A DNA stretch of 62,543 bases, counting the filler, from Choristocarpus tenellus KU-1152 (Eukaryota > Protista > Phaeophyceae): the NCBI GenBank assembly GCA_964200185.2. It is 9 parts of 9 records of this genome, joined end to end, with 100 filler letters (N's around TTAATTAATTAA, not from the genome) between each part and the next. Parts side by side here need not be neighbours in the genome. Positions count along the whole stretch, not along the records: positions 59,906 to 62,543 come from CAXNAD020026064.1; 8 more parts are not named here. One strand, written 5' to 3'. The notes under the pieces are model-generated. The model was not told the DNA's origin and did not search any database. It was given only the letters and a program-made list of their open reading frames with translations. This document shows positions 60,015-62,543 of the stretch, piece after piece; the stretch's first letter is position 1, and the number at the start of each line of letters is the position of its first letter. The position numbers and the translations under genes are program-made.

Positions 60015-62543
60015 CGTGCTGTACGATGGGAGGCGGCTGAAGTTGTGGGGCTGGGACTGGAGGTTTTCTACCCTAAGGCAGATGATAGATTAGACCTGCT
60101 CTTTTCTTTGCTTGGTCAGGAGGTGGAGGGAGGGGGAGAAGGGGGGCAGGAGGTTGGGTGGTCAGATGAAGGGGTTTTCAATGGGAGTGATAGGAGATTC
60201 TTCCTACTGAGCAGTGCTGAGGTGAAGGAGTCTGAGAAAATTGATAGGAATTACCCTGCAGCAGCCAACAGTGATGTGCTACCTCCAGACCTTGACCCTG
60301 AAGGGCGTGCTATGCTGCTCTCAACAGTGTGTCGCACGCTGTGCTTTGACCGGAGGCTGCTCTTGGCATTGGTGCCACTGTCACTTAAGCCTCCAGTGTC
60401 AGCTTGGGGTGTACCAACCTTTATCTTATCCAAGGTTCGTGCTGCTGAGAAGGCTCAGGCTATGGTGTTGCAGGCCCAGCAAGGAGATGGCCCTGGTAGC
60501 TCTGGTTCTGGCTCCAGAGCTGCTCAATATGGTCATAACCGAAATGAGGGGCAAGATCTGGATGGGCTGTGGAAGACTGGCCCTGGTGTGAATCTACCCC
60601 GGGCTGGAGATGTGGCTATTCGCGGACCAGACTGGCGGTGGGGGGAACAGGATGGGGGTGAGGGTTGCCGGGGACTTGTGGTAGGCTTGACTTCTTGGGG
60701 TGGTCGGCAGGTTGGGGCAGATGATCTGGGTGGGGTGGTAAATGCAGTGCGGGTGATGTGGGAGTGTGGGGATATCAATGTGTACCGGTGGGGAGTACGT
60801 GGGTCTGATGGGGAGGGGTGCTTTGATTTGAGAGTGCTTCATGCACCTTCAGTTGTTGCTGTTGATGCAGCCATTGTGGGAAAGGGAGTTGAAGGAGGTG
60901 AGGGTGGTGTGTCCAACTCGACAGACTGTGGGACTGCTGGTTCGCCCAGCGGTCCTGCTATGAAGAAAGCTCTGAAGTGGTCTGTTGAACATGTGGAAGG
61001 GGCACTGTTGACCTTGTCGGGTCCTACTTCTGGGGCTGGATCGAGGGGCGGAAGAGATGGGGAAGGTCTTGAGCAAGAAAGGAATCCAACAGCTCGAGAG
61101 GTGCTGAGATTTATGAAAAACAATGCTCCTCAGGAATGGAGAGAGCCTCGACGTATCACAGGCGCTGAAAATGCTCTTGTCAAGGTTTGCCTGGGGTTGG
61201 TGTTGGGGTTAGGTTTAGTGGTAGGTTAGGACCGAAGGTATGGAGAAAAACGGTTAATGCTGTGGAAGAATCTTTCAAAATCCTAGGTACACTTCTTCTT
61301 GCAGCTCTTCCCTTCCCCTAATATCTTACGTTTGTTTTTTTGTGTTTTGTGTGATTATGCTATGCTGCTATTCAGGCACATAAGCCTGAGTCGGTGGTGA
61401 GGTGCTATGCCGAGTTTGTTGAACAGTTTGGGTGTAACTTCACTGACCCTTCCAGGCTCTCAGGTCATGGGGAGGCGTGTATGACCAAAGAAGACTTGCT
61501 CAATGAGAGAGCTAGCTCAGAGCTGTCCCAGGTGAGGTACTTGTGTGCATAGTGATAAGGTAATGGAGATGAAATTGACTGAAGGAGGAAAAGAGTGGCT
61601 TGATATGATTTTGCTGCTGGACCATCAATGATATTTATTGTTTTCTGTTTGTTTTCTGTTTGTGTTCGAGTTAGGTTTAGAATTTTGTAGTTATAAGTGT
61701 GTGTTTGGAAATGTGGTTGCCTTTTTCCACTGAAGCATTGTATTTGTTTTTTTAGTATACACCAATGCCTCTAATCGTACATTTGACATTTCAGTATCTT
61801 CAAACATTCCCCCTTGACCCCTCTCTCATATCTCTCCGCTACTCTTGAGTCATGGCATGATCGAGAGGTGAAGCATGCTGCATGAAAATACCATATACTC
61901 AAATGGAAATCCTGCATGCTGCTTTCAGTCAACTGATCCTTTATGGGAGTTCTGTCCCCTTACCCTTACCTTTACCAACCACATTCAAATTTGTGGAACT
62001 CCCTGTTGGCAGCTGCTTTGCCTGTTGCTATGGGTCACGCACAAGTTGTCTGCCCAGGCTAACCAGATGAAGGAACGTCACTATGACGGAGGAGTTGGAA
62101 GTGATTGCCCGGGGGGCAGCCACAGTCTTGATGAGAGTAGAAATCTAGGAAATGGCGGCGATCATAATCTGGATGCTGAGGGTACAGGAGGCGGGGGGGT
62201 TGAAGGAATGGAATCCGAGAGTAAAGGTGATGGTTTTATTCAACAAGCTCTGGAGGCCACGATGTTGCTCTTGTACAACCTTCAAAATGCCATTACAAGG
62301 GGGTGGCACTCCACTTCCTTTGGTGGAGGGATAAGCTCTGGGGAAGAAAAAGGAAAATTCTCTCTTTTGACAGTGGCAGGACGATGCGATGGGGATGGAT
62401 CCCAGGTTGATGAGGAGATGCGGGATACATTCATGGGAGCCAGTGGTCTTGTACGGAAGTGGGACTGGTTGCGGTGTCTGCACTCCCCAATTGTACCTGT
62501 CATGAATGGTGATGTGGCAGGCAGGGGGAGGGGGGGAAATGGG
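60015..62543 (+). CDS. Large MIB_HERC2-domain protein, probably an E3 ubiquitin ligase (internal exons, partial)
   Basis: Phase-0 exons 60015-61184, 61376-61531 and 62058 to the window end (open). GDVAIRGPDWRWGEQDGGEG..G.V...VRVMWECGDINVYRWG...FDLRV is the MIB_HERC2 signature. The ligase role is inferred from the family; no HECT or RING domain is seen. Confidence 0.85.

Overview
This is eukaryotic, intron-rich DNA, not one continuous locus. Nine contigs are joined by an artificial 100-nt spacer (44 N + TTAATTAATTAA + 44 N). The gene content points to a brown alga or close photosynthetic stramenopile (inference): an NB-ARC-TPR gene with one-repeat-per-exon cassettes, a PGK with a bipartite plastid presequence, a sulfatase and TTAGGG repeats. 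Spliced models were built by hand from GT-AG sites and phase matching: WDR70-like (partial), a secreted Kelch-repeat protein (partial), an NLR-like gene, an orphan acidic gene, plastid phosphoglycerate kinase (partial), an arylsulfatase (3' part) and a MIB_HERC2-domain protein (partial). Mobile DNA includes a 7-exon Sola-like DDD transposase pseudogene, two copies of a TIR-bearing MITE, an RLE-type non-LTR retrotransposon end and a Gypsy integrase fragment. The best candidate system is at 19348-26051: an MLKL/RPW8-like four-helix effector domain, then NB-ARC, then a sensor of tandemly duplicated ~520-bp intron+exon cassettes. Each cassette encodes one 42-aa TPR in phase 0, the exons vary at specific positions, and one cassette is closed by a stop codon. 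A second signal is a set of TTAGGG insertions at duplication junctions that look like telomerase-mediated break repair. No searches were run; family assignments come from motif recognition.
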